DNA of 64,000 nt. It comes from Phallusia mammillata (taxonomy: Eukaryota). The DNA lies in assembly GCA_965637545.1 (NCBI GenBank), contig OZ281496.1, positions 4,712,001-4,776,000 on the forward strand, read 5' to 3'. A program made the translations under genes and the position numbers. Below the pieces are notes generated by a model. That model was not told the origin of the DNA. It saw only the letters and a list, made by a program, of their open reading frames with translations, and ran no database searches. Position 1 is the first letter of the stretch. Each line of letters starts with the position of its first letter. Of this stretch, positions 12,453 through 24,443 are shown piece by piece.

Positions 12453-14059
12453 GGTTGACTGCATATCGTTGGTAAAGATACCTATGCTATGCAAGTCGAC
12501 CACGGGAGGGCAATATAGACACTTTAGTATGGTGTTGTTTTTTATACCGACTTCATTTATGTTTCAATGATGACAAAAAATCTCGGTATAGATCTGCACA
12601 CGACACATAGGAGGGAACTAGTTCATTTTCCATTATTTATACCAGGGGTCACCAAACTCCGGCCGGCGGTCCGGATCCGTCCGTCGGCCTCGTTTTATTC
12701 CGCTCATGAAAGTATTTTTTGTTTAACAAAACGTGTGAAAAGTTTTGTAACGTATTACGTTAAAGATGGTACAAACCTCTATTTGTAATTTTTGTAATTT
12801 TATCTGGACAAACAGAATTACAACGCATAGGTATGATTCAAAAGCGGTTTGTAAAATCACAGACAAGAGCAAAGAAAAGTGATTATGCGCGAACAAGTGA
12901 CTTCCTTTGTTACTTGTCATAGAATTTGTTTGGTTACTTGTAAAAGAAATAGGCACACTAATAAATTCTTCGTAATTTTAGTTGGACAGCGGTTGCGGAG
13001 CATATGAATACAAATAAATTATGGAAAGACAAAAATCCTTAACCGTCCCGTCAAAACTGCCTTGCGAGTTCCAATTTGGGAATAGCTGCGCAAGGGCTTG
13101 TAAGCCATCCGGCCCTTGTGCGTGATTATTAAAATAATCCGACCTGCTGTTTATACAATGCAAAATCTATTTTCTGAATGTTGTCCCTACTCTTCACGAT
13201 GTGGACGTTTCGGTTCCGCAAATGGAATACTATGACATAATTTTAACTGTATAACTGTGTATAACTATAAATAACTGTATCCAACTCAAAAATCAAAAGC
13301 ACAATATATAAATAAGAACCTGTGTTGCGACGAACAGCGAATATATTGGTATGGTACCTCTTGTTTATAGCGTTTGACTTCATACAAATTGGAAGTCACT
13401 GCTTTTCAATCCATTCGTATGTTTGTTGGTTCTAATTAAGCCTTACCACATTTTTGAGTTTGCAAAGTAAACCTCAAAAAGAGAAGAAATCGCTACCAAA
13501 CCATTCAAATCTCGATGGATGAAACTTTGTTGTGGATATGAATAACGCGACTTTGTCTGTTTAGACTTGGATTTAACACTGATTGGGTTTATTCTTGTTT
13601 GAAACCGGAAACTGATTGGATATAAAGGGTTAAGAAACTGTACTTTTCCATCCTTATTTAAACGTTATTGGAGACTTGTTGATACACTTTCTATGCTTCT
13701 TTAAAAAGATTACATTAGGCAAATTACCTCCTTGTTCCATAATGCTGTTGCAAAGATTACTATGTTGAAAACCAAACACAATTTATATTTAAAAGAAGAT
13801 GGCCCATGTGCAGAAAGCCCATGTGCAGAAACCCTAAACAAAAACACAGTTACAAGCCTCTATATATCAGTAAATTTGGTTGATTATTTAAACTTTCTAA
13901 CAGCAAACAGTTATTATTCTTTCAAACAGCACACGATGTAAAGCTGGAAAAGCCTAAACTACAAGTAACACACTCCAGTAATCGCCTTACAAACTGAATG
14001 CACAAGGTACATGACGTTGCACAACAATAAACACAGCTTGCGTAAAGGTAATAGTAATC

Positions 14060-15350
14060 ACTTTCGTTTGCGCGATATATTTACGACATGTACAACTAGC
14101 GACTGTTACTTTTTTACCGACGACCGCAACAGGTTACGACAGACTGCCAGTAAAACCAAGATGGTTGCTTTACTAAAACTATTTTGTTCATGAAACATTG
14201 CCTTTGAAACGACGTAAATTTTTGTTGTCCTACTTTAGCATCATAATGGAAAACAGACAAAAATAAACTTTGTTGCGTACCAAGTTGCAAATACTTTCAC
14301 TACGCTACTTTGTCTCGCGCCTAGTTTATGCGTGAGTAAGGACTTTTCCTTTCCTGTCCGCTATACAGCAGGATAACTGAGGTTTTCGTCTCTTTAATTG
14401 GTCACAAGCATCTACACTGCAAACGACCTAATACAAAAACAGTGATTTAGCAAATAAACTGTACAATACTTTCGAAATTGATTTAGCGAGTCAATTCGGA
14501 ATCGTTAAGAAAAACATGTACTAATATCACATGCATTGTACTCATATCACATGCGTTTTTATGACCTTATCAATAGTTTTTTTTACAGCTGGAACCATAT
14601 TTTCTAATTAGATCTAAATGCTTTTGCGGTTCATATGGCTGTAGTAGTAACTAATATTTTCATAAGCAAACACAAATATTTAAATGATATCAGGAAATAA
14701 ACGCAATCCCTCAGCAAATCTGAAACTTAAAACATCAAAGACATGTCATCAGAAATATCTATTACAGCAAAGTGATAAACATTTATGTTTGATACAAATT
14801 CAAGTTCTCAAGTACAAAGCATAATTACAACCCTCTATAAATCATACAACACATTAGGTGACAAACCAGAAAATGCTCCTAAATCTGAGTTGAACATGAT
14901 ACGCTATAAGCTATGCTATACAACAGATGGCTTTGGCAAACAGAATATTTATTGTTCGAGTATGCGTGACGATGTTCGACATGAACAAATAACAACTTAC
15001 TTTTTACGCCTACGACAGATATACTTTTTTACGCCTACGACAGATTTACGAGTGACTGCCAGTAAAGGCAATATTGTTGCTTTACTGAAATAGTTGTATT
15101 TACATAGGTTTTTTCGGGTTAAAATCAAATTTTAGTCGTGACGTACTATTATCACAATAACAGAAAATAGACAGAATAACATCGTTGCGTATTTCTCTGT
15201 AATAACTTTTCCTACATGAGTTCCAAAAAGTATTATTAACTTTCGTGTGTGAAGACTTTTGTTTTGCTGTCGGCTTTACGGTGTAATATCTTCACTGTTT
15301 GTCTGCTTGATTAGTCAAAAGAAATTACAATATAAAGAGCCTGACACAAA
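14060..15350. repeat. Diverged tandem duplication (about 14060-14460 vs about 14990-15350)
   Basis: Shared blocks, e.g. GACTGCCAGTAAA..TTGCTTTACT, TTGCGTA, GACTTTT; both copies end at a minus-strand splice-acceptor-like site. Confidence 0.6.
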
Positions 15351-16468
15351 AAGGCGTAAGGCTCCGGAATTAATGATTAACTGGTATAATACACTTCAGT
15401 TCATTGCGTCTCCCCTGGACTGACAAGCATATTCCAATTTGGCAAAAAAAAAACAGTTCATCTGTGGTTGTAACAAAGTCGATGTTTTAAATTTGCCTGT
15501 TAATCGACCTTAAATGATATGTTTGGCATTTGGTGGATGACAATAAATGTAGGATTGTTGACGGAATAAATGTTTTTATGCTCGAGTAGAAAGGCAACAG
15601 CTTGGTTCGGCAAACAAGTTGCAAAAATGCGAACCCTATTTAATCAGATATAAGCTAGAAAATAAATTAAAATGATTTCAGGTAAATTGTGTACAATTAC
15701 GTAAGCGGTGCGCTTTATAAATTCTGGATGCGTGGAGTTATCCTACACAGCCATGCTCTTGCGATTGGTTCTTGATCAAAATTATATCATCGGTATCCAA
15801 TCACAGCACAATACAAAGCACAAAGTTAAATTGCGTAACCACCATATCACAAAGTCGCATCTGCATCCTTATTAACAGCAAAAAAAATTCACAGATGTTG
15901 AATAAAACCGTTGCACCATTTGACTTCCTTGCGAGCTTTAAGCTAACAAGTTAACGAGTTAATTACGTAAGCTACCATTTCGAAATTTGAACAAATTATA
16001 TCACAACCGCTGCAAGTACATGACAGTTGCGGAGATTTTCACTAACTGGGCACGTGAAGTGCATAGTTTTGGGAGATTTGTTTTTTTTACAAAAACAAAT
16101 CATGGTTTAAATTGCCATGATAAATAATAGTTTTGATACAGCTTTTGTGATTCATGCATGCGGACAGAAACGGAAAATCGCATAGCGGTAAAAGTAAAAA
16201 ACTCAACAACCACACAATGTACATGCGATTAGTGAAGTTGCTTGGGTAATGACATAGTTGGCGGTTGAATGACCGTATATGTGTTACGTTATACAATAGA
16301 ATAGGAAACACCGGTATTAAATATAAAACTAGAATTCAATTTCTTTAACATTGATAAAAACACGAAATTTGTAGACTATTTACATAAAATGATTACTAAA
16401 TTTAGTTTTATTGCGCTTATAACCACCATTAGTTAGTTAGTTATGCTCGTATAACAACCATTAGTTAG

Positions 16469-19400
16469 TTAGTTGTTTAGGGGCAGGTTTCGTTCTGGTT
16501 GCACATGGTTGTCCGGGTTTCGTTCTTCACCATCTATTTGTACTGGTTCCTCTGCTGGAGGTCCATTAGGATCGAAAACATCAAATGCAAATGGGACTAA
16601 AACATTAATCATATATTGCAAAATGTTTGAAATGAGTTTTAGTTACGTTGAAGACAATCATAACCTAAATTTTCCTCACCTTGATTTACACGTGGTAGAA
16701 TGTGTCTATTGTCTTGATGCTGAAACCTATTCAAATCCTAAAAACGAAAATATTTTAATGGTATACTTTCTCTCATTTAAGACAAAACAAAGCATAAATG
16801 CGGTGCATTGTTTTACAGCACGTTTTTGAACACTTTAACACATTTGTTGTTACCTTTTTACGCTTTCCGGGTGGTGTTGGCATTAAATAAGCTGTCTGAA
16901 AATGAATAAAAAAAAAGCAGTGATAAGAGCAGCATTATCAACTTTAACTCGTTCTCAATATTTTTATTTGTGGATTGGTTAACGTTTAACGAAGAATTTA
17001 ATAACAAATTAACATAAACTGCTTCTGAGTCAAAAACATGGTTGTCGTGATAATTGTTAAATGATAAAGGCAACTTTTTCAATAAACATAAGTAACGTAA
17101 AGCAATTTAAACCCTGATTTCGGTTTGGTAATTAGTTTATTACTTCTACCTGGATTGATGATGAAATTATTTTTCACGAAATAATCATAAAATTTTGTCT
17201 TGCAGGCATTTTTTATTTCTTTGACTTGATGTGTTTAAAAGTTTTAAAATGCCTTAATTTTAAAATTACAGGAGGTCGCATGTCACCAGCTTGAATTAAA
17301 TTTAATGGATGAACCATGTTTACAAAAAAAAATAATTAACGAAATATTTAACACTTTGATGACATATATGAATCCATCTAGTGTCATTTGCAATTCAGTC
17401 TTAACTCATAAAAATAAAAAAATGATTTCTTCAGTGATTGTTGTGGAACGAAAGTGATGTGTCAAAACGAATCAGATGAAATCAAATTTGTTTTTCTCAA
17501 ATTTTTTATCAATTCACAAAATGCTTAGAAGAACGTTAATGCGAAAACATTGTTAAAGATTCAGGCTGGCAAACTCATTATTGTCAACAAATGTTAAGCA
17601 TGATTAATGTTTCGGTATGCTGCAAGTAATGCGGATTAAAAAGATGCAAAACCGTCTTTTAAATTAAAATTATATCTCAACAATGTTGTATTTTTTACCA
17701 GAGAATGTAATTTTTTTACTTACCGGGGGTATATGTCTCAGCGGCTGAAATAAATAAAACACAATGTTGAGGTATTTATTACAACGTCCTGTCGATTGCG
17801 GTTATAAAGTTCAGAACGAGACTGGTATTAAAAACTAAATACATAGCAAACATTAACCAAGCAAACCATAATTGTTGACGAAAAATATGATTAAGTAACG
17901 TACTTGTAAGACACGCAAATAACCTTTTAAACTCTGATTTCGGTTTTGGTGATCAGTTTATTACTTCTAACGGGATTTATGATGAAATGATTTGCACACA
18001 TTTTGTTTCACAAAAAGTTCATATTTTATGATTCTTTGTGTGATGATATGACTTGTGTTCAAAAGGGAACAAGAAAGTGTTTCGCATTATCACGGTTTTC
18101 ACTCAAGGGCTTTAATTCCACCACTCTATGGTTAACCCAATTTATGGTTAACCCAAAGTTAACAAAATAATCACAAAATTTTGTCTTGTTGACATTTTTT
18201 TTATTTCTTCGACTGGATGTGTTTAAAAGTTTTTAAATTCCTTAATTTTAAAATTACAGAAGGTCGCATGTCACCAGCTTGATTTAAATTTAATGGGTGA
18301 ACCATGTTAACAAAAAAATAATTAACGAAATATTTAACACTTTCATGATATATATGAATCCAAGTAGTGTCATTTGCAATTCAGTCTTAGCTCATGGTGA
18401 AAAATAATAAAAAATAGTTATGTTCAGCAATATTTGTGGAACGAAAGTGATGTGTCAAAACGAATCAGACGAAATCAACCTTGTTTTTGTAAACTTTTGA
18501 TCAATTTACAAAATGCTTTGAAATCGTTAATGCGAAAACATTGTTACAGATTCAGGCTGGCAAACTCATTATTGTCAACAAATGTTAAGCATGATTATTG
18601 TTTCGGTATGCTGCAAGTAATGCGGATTAAAACAATGCAAAATCGTCTTTGAAATTAAAATTATATCTCAACAGTGGTGTATTTTTTACCAGAGAATATA
18701 GTTTTTTTTACTTATCATCTATTTCAGCACCTGAAATAAATAAAACACAGTGTTGAGGTATTTATTACAACGTCCTGTCGATCGCGGTTAGAAGTTCAGT
18801 ATATATGAAACTGGTATTAAAAACTTTGTTGGTGTTTTGTTGTTTTTATTTGGAATTTTTAAAAGATTTAATAGCGGTCCTTAAAAACTTTACAAAAACA
18901 AGATAAAAATATCACATCGGCCAAAACCAATAAGATGAGAACTGCCTTTTTTATGTACGTTATTTTGTATGTTTATGATTGTCAACAATTGTTAAGCTAG
19001 GTTTGGTATGCAAATTACGATTCAGAGAAAAGCAATTCGTTTTTGCCCCAAAATTATCTTCCAACAGTGTTACATTTTTAACGCAAAACGTATGCTTATA
19101 CTTACCTTATATTTATCTTCGGGCTCATCAACATCCTGCTGAATGGAACAAAACACGGTATTAAGGCATTTATATTACAAAGTTTTGTGCTTTGCGAGTT
19201 TAAAGCACAAAAAATTTTAAATTGCTAACTAAATACCCAGCAAACATTAACCAAGCAAACCATAATTGTTGACGAAAAATATAATTTTTTTAATTTCTTT
19301 ACCGATTTAATGCTTTCGCTGCCAGCATTCGGAGAGTAGATTGGCTGTTCCACTGTTTGTCCTTTCAAAGTTAGTTTCACCATTTCTTTTTCCGCTAAAT

Positions 19401-19550
19401 TAGATGAAAAAGAACCTTTAGTTTTCAATGCCTATCATTTCTCGTATAAAACATTAGCCAATATGTAACATGAGAAAAACTGACCTTTGCTTGATACCGC
19501 CATATCTTCAGGTTTCTTTTGTGTTTGCAGTCGTTTTGAAATACGTGCAT
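16469..19550 (-). CDS. Micro-exon family gene A, about 158-aa uncharacterised protein
   Basis: Phase-compatible GT-AG exons: 19485-19550, 19303-19431, 19106-19138, 17724-17744, 16854-16895, 16680-16737, 16469-16596. Ends VPFAFDVFDPNGPPAEEPVQIDGEERNPDNHVQPERNLPLNN*. Start codon uncertain. Confidence 0.65.
17085..19283. repeat. Intragenic tandem duplication in gene A (about 17085-17890 vs about 17895-19283)
   Basis: Long high-identity stretches (17200-17840 vs 18200-18822; 17845-17888 vs 19240-19283). Confidence 0.9.
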
Positions 19551-22500
19551 CCATAATTTAGGCAAGGACTAAGCAAAGTGAATACTAATACGGAATCAAT
19601 GACTTTGCCAATATGATGTTAGCTATTTAGGTTTTGTATTGGTTGGAAACTGACTTAACATCTGAAAACCTAAACTAGTCACATGAAATCGACAACAGAG
19701 ATTTCAACAATCAAAGTTTTAAGAAAATATAAAAACATGATAAAATTTTACAAAAATCAACTTTAGTAGACGAATACGCCTGCAAACAAACCTTGAACTG
19801 TAGAGATCTAACACAAAACGCTTCATACATTGTAAGCACAAGAACTGAGTTGACGCACTACAGCAAAAAAAGACACATTTGAACTACGACACGTTACACC
19901 TCAGCGCTTACGAACGCTTAATAAGATGGGCGTGTACGCGTGAAGCGGCCTGGCCTCTTTAGCGACAATGTCTATTTACGTTATGGTTGAGCGGGTCTTT
20001 TCTAGTCTTGCCCAAGTGGGTTTGGCAGGAGATGCGTAACTCAAAAATCCAGTCGAGTTGAGAATGTTCAGTAAATATAAAACTAGTGACTATATGTACA
20101 ACTAGAAATACCCAGCAGACATTGCCCGGGAGATTTAAACCCAAACCCTATTTTTTACGAAATACTGTTCACTATTTAGGCGTTGCGGAATCAAACCTAA
20201 GACGTTTTATCGATACTTTTTTACCAGTATGTATTGGCTGAATGAACATATTGCCAAAAGTTCACTCAAATCAAATTTTTCGACAATATTAGTAACGGAA
20301 AACATAAATAAACAAAATTTATGTTATTGACTTGATCTAAAAGTTGAAAGTTGCTACGTTATTTGCTATAGGAGTTATATGAGAAATATTCATCATTTAT
20401 TAAAATCTAATCATTACAATTATGATTAAAAGTTACCATAAGATCTAACAATTTTTGTTTCACTTTTTCACCAAACCACCACGTCTATGACGTTTTGTTT
20501 TTGTTAGATGATTATCAACTAAACATAATAATTACCAGTAAATCTTTTTGTGATAAGTTATATTACTGTTCATTTGAAGTACAATTTTCAGCTAAACATT
20601 TTTAGGTGTCTAAAACAACTAACCTGAGAACTTAAAAAAACTTGTTATTATTTTCAGAAGCCGCACATACAAAATAAGCCCACATGCAAGTAATATTATG
20701 AGAAATTCATTTCGCTTCAACTTCCTTTTACTAACACGAGTGGTCAGCCTGGTCCCACGTGACTGATTATATCAGCAGACAAAAATATAGTATCCGGTCT
20801 TTAGATGCAAAAAAGAACTTGTGTTGCGATTGTGAATCTCTGTTGGTTAGCAAACTTTTATCGTCCCGAGGTGTAGCATTATAATTACCAAGTCATTTAA
20901 AGTACTTGGATGGGAAATTAATTTACAATATATTTGATAACATTTAATTTCTGTTAAACAGACCACGAGATTAAATTGAACACTGATGTGTGTGAAACTG
21001 GGCCACTGATAAAGTGGGAACAGTGCGTAGTTGCCGTCACGGTCAAATACACAAAAATAATGAACTTGCGTTATCCTCACTTTACCAATCAACTTCAACC
21101 TGGACATACAACAATAAGTTCCGTATGATACTGAATTCTCTCTGTTGCTATAATGAAAAAAAAACTACAATGACTTTGTATCAATAATTTGAGAAAGCTT
21201 AGAGTGGCGTGAATTGGTTTGGTTTTGCCATACAACACATGAAAAATTGACAATATCGCCATTACGTTACAACTATCTTCGTTGTTTAAAATACGGACCT
21301 AATTTTAATAATTAGAGCAAGTTTGGGAAATGTTAAATAGGGTAATCTGTCAAGGGTAACAAACAAAAAGAGGATACATTATCATTTTCGGTTCAACAGA
21401 AACATGAAGTAATTTATACAGCCCTTAAAATATTCTCTAACTTTACGAACACGTCTAATACTCCAACTATTCTTTACGATTATCAGTGGCACCTAATCTT
21501 ATCCAGCGACCCATTCAGTTTACACAGCGATATGGGGTGCCTACCTAAGTATGCTCAATAACATGCTCGGCGCCATTTTTTGCCCACAACAACGGTCGAT
21601 GACCATAAATCACTAAATAAATTTATTGTTACCTATTTTAGATTCGAAAAGAGTTTGTTTGAAATAAAATAAAATAATGTTCTGCATGAAAGTAAGATAA
21701 ACATGATTTTGCATCTTGGTAATCATTGTTTAAACATCTCAATTAAGATGTTGTTGTTTAGATTAGTGGCATGTTTATGTTACTTTCAAGTTTTCATGCC
21801 ATGTAGTCACCTGTGCTAGATGGATTGCACAATTTAAATGCACTCAATTACAATATTAAAACACAGAAAATACTATATGCAACCATAGCAATGATATAAA
21901 TACATAAATTTAAGGCAAATAACATACCCTCATTTATTTCTGCTAAATAAACCAACCTTTCAAGTCAGAAACCCGCACATAACGATAACATTAACCGTTT
22001 TGAGCAGGTTCAAGCTGCTTGATAGGCAGAAAACGCTCGATAGGCGATCGCTCGTTCATTTCTACGAGACATGAGCGCCCGAAATAAGTCAAGCGCGAAA
22101 CTAGACAGTAAAAATGAAATAAATACACAACGCAGGTTTGAGCGAGCGCGATATGCACGGTGTAAATGGGCTATTATGTTCGTTCACGATCCTTATGTTC
22201 CTCTTAGCCGCACACATGAGGTTTTGCGGTTTCCGTTGCACGCCTTAGGTTACCAAACGCTGGTCTGTTGCCTAATATAAAGGAAATCGTTAATATTTTC
22301 AGGATTATCAGAATTATTTTCCAGGCATTAACATTTTTCTGAGCTCAAATCAGAGATACATGCTTTGCATCTAATCGATTACTTTTGTACAAGCACAATT
22401 CAAATCTTACTAAGAGTCAACGACTGTTTATTTTTTTCTATTTAAACACGATTATTTGATCAAACAGTTAAGTGGTTGTCCTTGTTACCGGCACTCTGTA

Positions 22501-24443
22501 CTGAAAGGAGACAAAAAAATCTCGCGCACCTTCTATTGTTTTTTCGGCTGGCAACAGTAAATGTTGTTTTTCACCTAGGTACTATCTTATGCATCCACGT
22601 GTTAGAGTGTGTTTTCCAATTACAGTGTATATCGGCGAATAATTTTGCATTAAACTCGAGTTTTTAATAAAGCTCTTCTCAAACGAAAGATGCTTTATTC
22701 CATTTCTAAATTGCAAGCATAGGTATCGTCGGTTCTTTTCGTTACCACTATTTGTCTGATAGTCGAAATAAACTTTTGTGCAAAAATTAAAAACACAATC
22801 AAATTTTGGACCTAATTTCTAAAGAACTGATGGCAAAGGAACATCAAATCGAGTAAAAACGTACGCCTGCAAACAAGTCTAAACTGTAAAACTCTCACAC
22901 AAAATGCTTAATACATTGTAAGCAAAAGAACTGAATTGACGCACAGCGCACAAAGACACAAATGATCAACCACATGTTAAACCGTAACGGTTTCAAACGC
23001 TTCATAACGTGTGTCTGTGTGTAAGCGACGTGATTTTATCGTTAAAACGAAACTTTCAGTCTGCAAGCTAAACATTCATTTTATCGCAGACACTCCAGGA
23101 GACAAAGATGAAGTAGATGAAGCAGCTGACAACATCTTCCTACTTGAGATGTTTGTTCTTCTGGCTGCTCTAATTATCGCAGCCGGTTACCTGAGTTGGG
23201 GCAAAATTGTCCATTTCTGAAATCTAAGCAAATTGGTCTGTAGATAACATTTCACAATAACTTTCCACAAATTACATTGTACTGTTTCTGACCACATAAA
23301 AACTTTTAAAAGTTTTCCCAAAACAACAACTAGATTTCAACCTATAGGTTTAAAATCTCGTCATTACATTACATGCAATATTTACTGCTTTATTGTTGTC
23401 AGAAAAAGACCTTGTCAAAGTGTTTTTGTTTCTATAACTGTAGAACAATATAATCGGATGCAATTGATACTGTGTGTGTTGATTATATGTCCACCAAAGT
23501 CACATTCCAGTTTAGAGTAGCATATGTCTCTTAATTAAGTTGTGATAGACAGTATTACGAAGTTTAAAACATTGTTTACAATTTACAGAAATTTGCTTGT
23601 GACACAATTTGACTCTATTTCAAACGAGCTGTTTTTTGGAAATAATTGCGAAATTTGCACAATTCATGTTAACCACTAAATAAAACCGGAATGGAAGTTG
23701 AGAAATGGCAGTCACAGGCAGAATGAAGTTTTATGGTCAAAGCATTTACTGGTTAAGTATTAAACAAGTTTTTGGATGTCGAGAGGAAATAATCTTAACT
23801 CTAAAGCTTATTTGTGGTGGATTTGGTTTGCAAAGTTGGAATTGTTTCTTTTGAGGACTTGATACGATTTCATGTACAACTTAACGCTTCCACCTGGTGT
23901 ATCGAATGCATTCAACGTTTTCATTTAGTTTCAGATACAAACCAACCTACTGCAAACATATATAATCTGTTGAATCAACATATTTACTAAACAACAAACA
24001 ATTAATCATTTTACATGTTATATTATATTCACAAAATAATCATCATTTTTCATGTTATTGTTTCGAAAAAACTCAAAATGAATTTCGTAGCTTTTATTAA
24101 CTTTAACGGTTCATCTTTATTATTCAAATGGGTATTTGTTGATGTTTGTACTGCTTTGAACCAAAGTGGATAACCCTCTGGTCAATCAAGAACACTTTCA
24201 TTCGGAAAAAATAGTAAGGTGTTAAGGTGCGTACAACAAACTTCGCTTTGTGCACTAAGGAAAAATGCAACCAAACATTAACAAGGTACGAAAGGTGCGC
24301 ATGGTGCTGCTGTTTTGAGCCCAATTGTATAATTGCTTAGTTTACCTGTTTAATATTTTAATCAAGGCGAAAACTCAATATACAACTTCATGTTTTTGCA
24401 GGTTTGCTTGTTGCTGTATGGTTTAATTGCGATGAAGTAAACA

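Noticed and set aside
13545-13635. Segment shared with 28050-28135, ending AGGGTTAA (piggyBac-like end)
   Set aside because: Only one end is visible, with no partner TIR; too degenerate to call.
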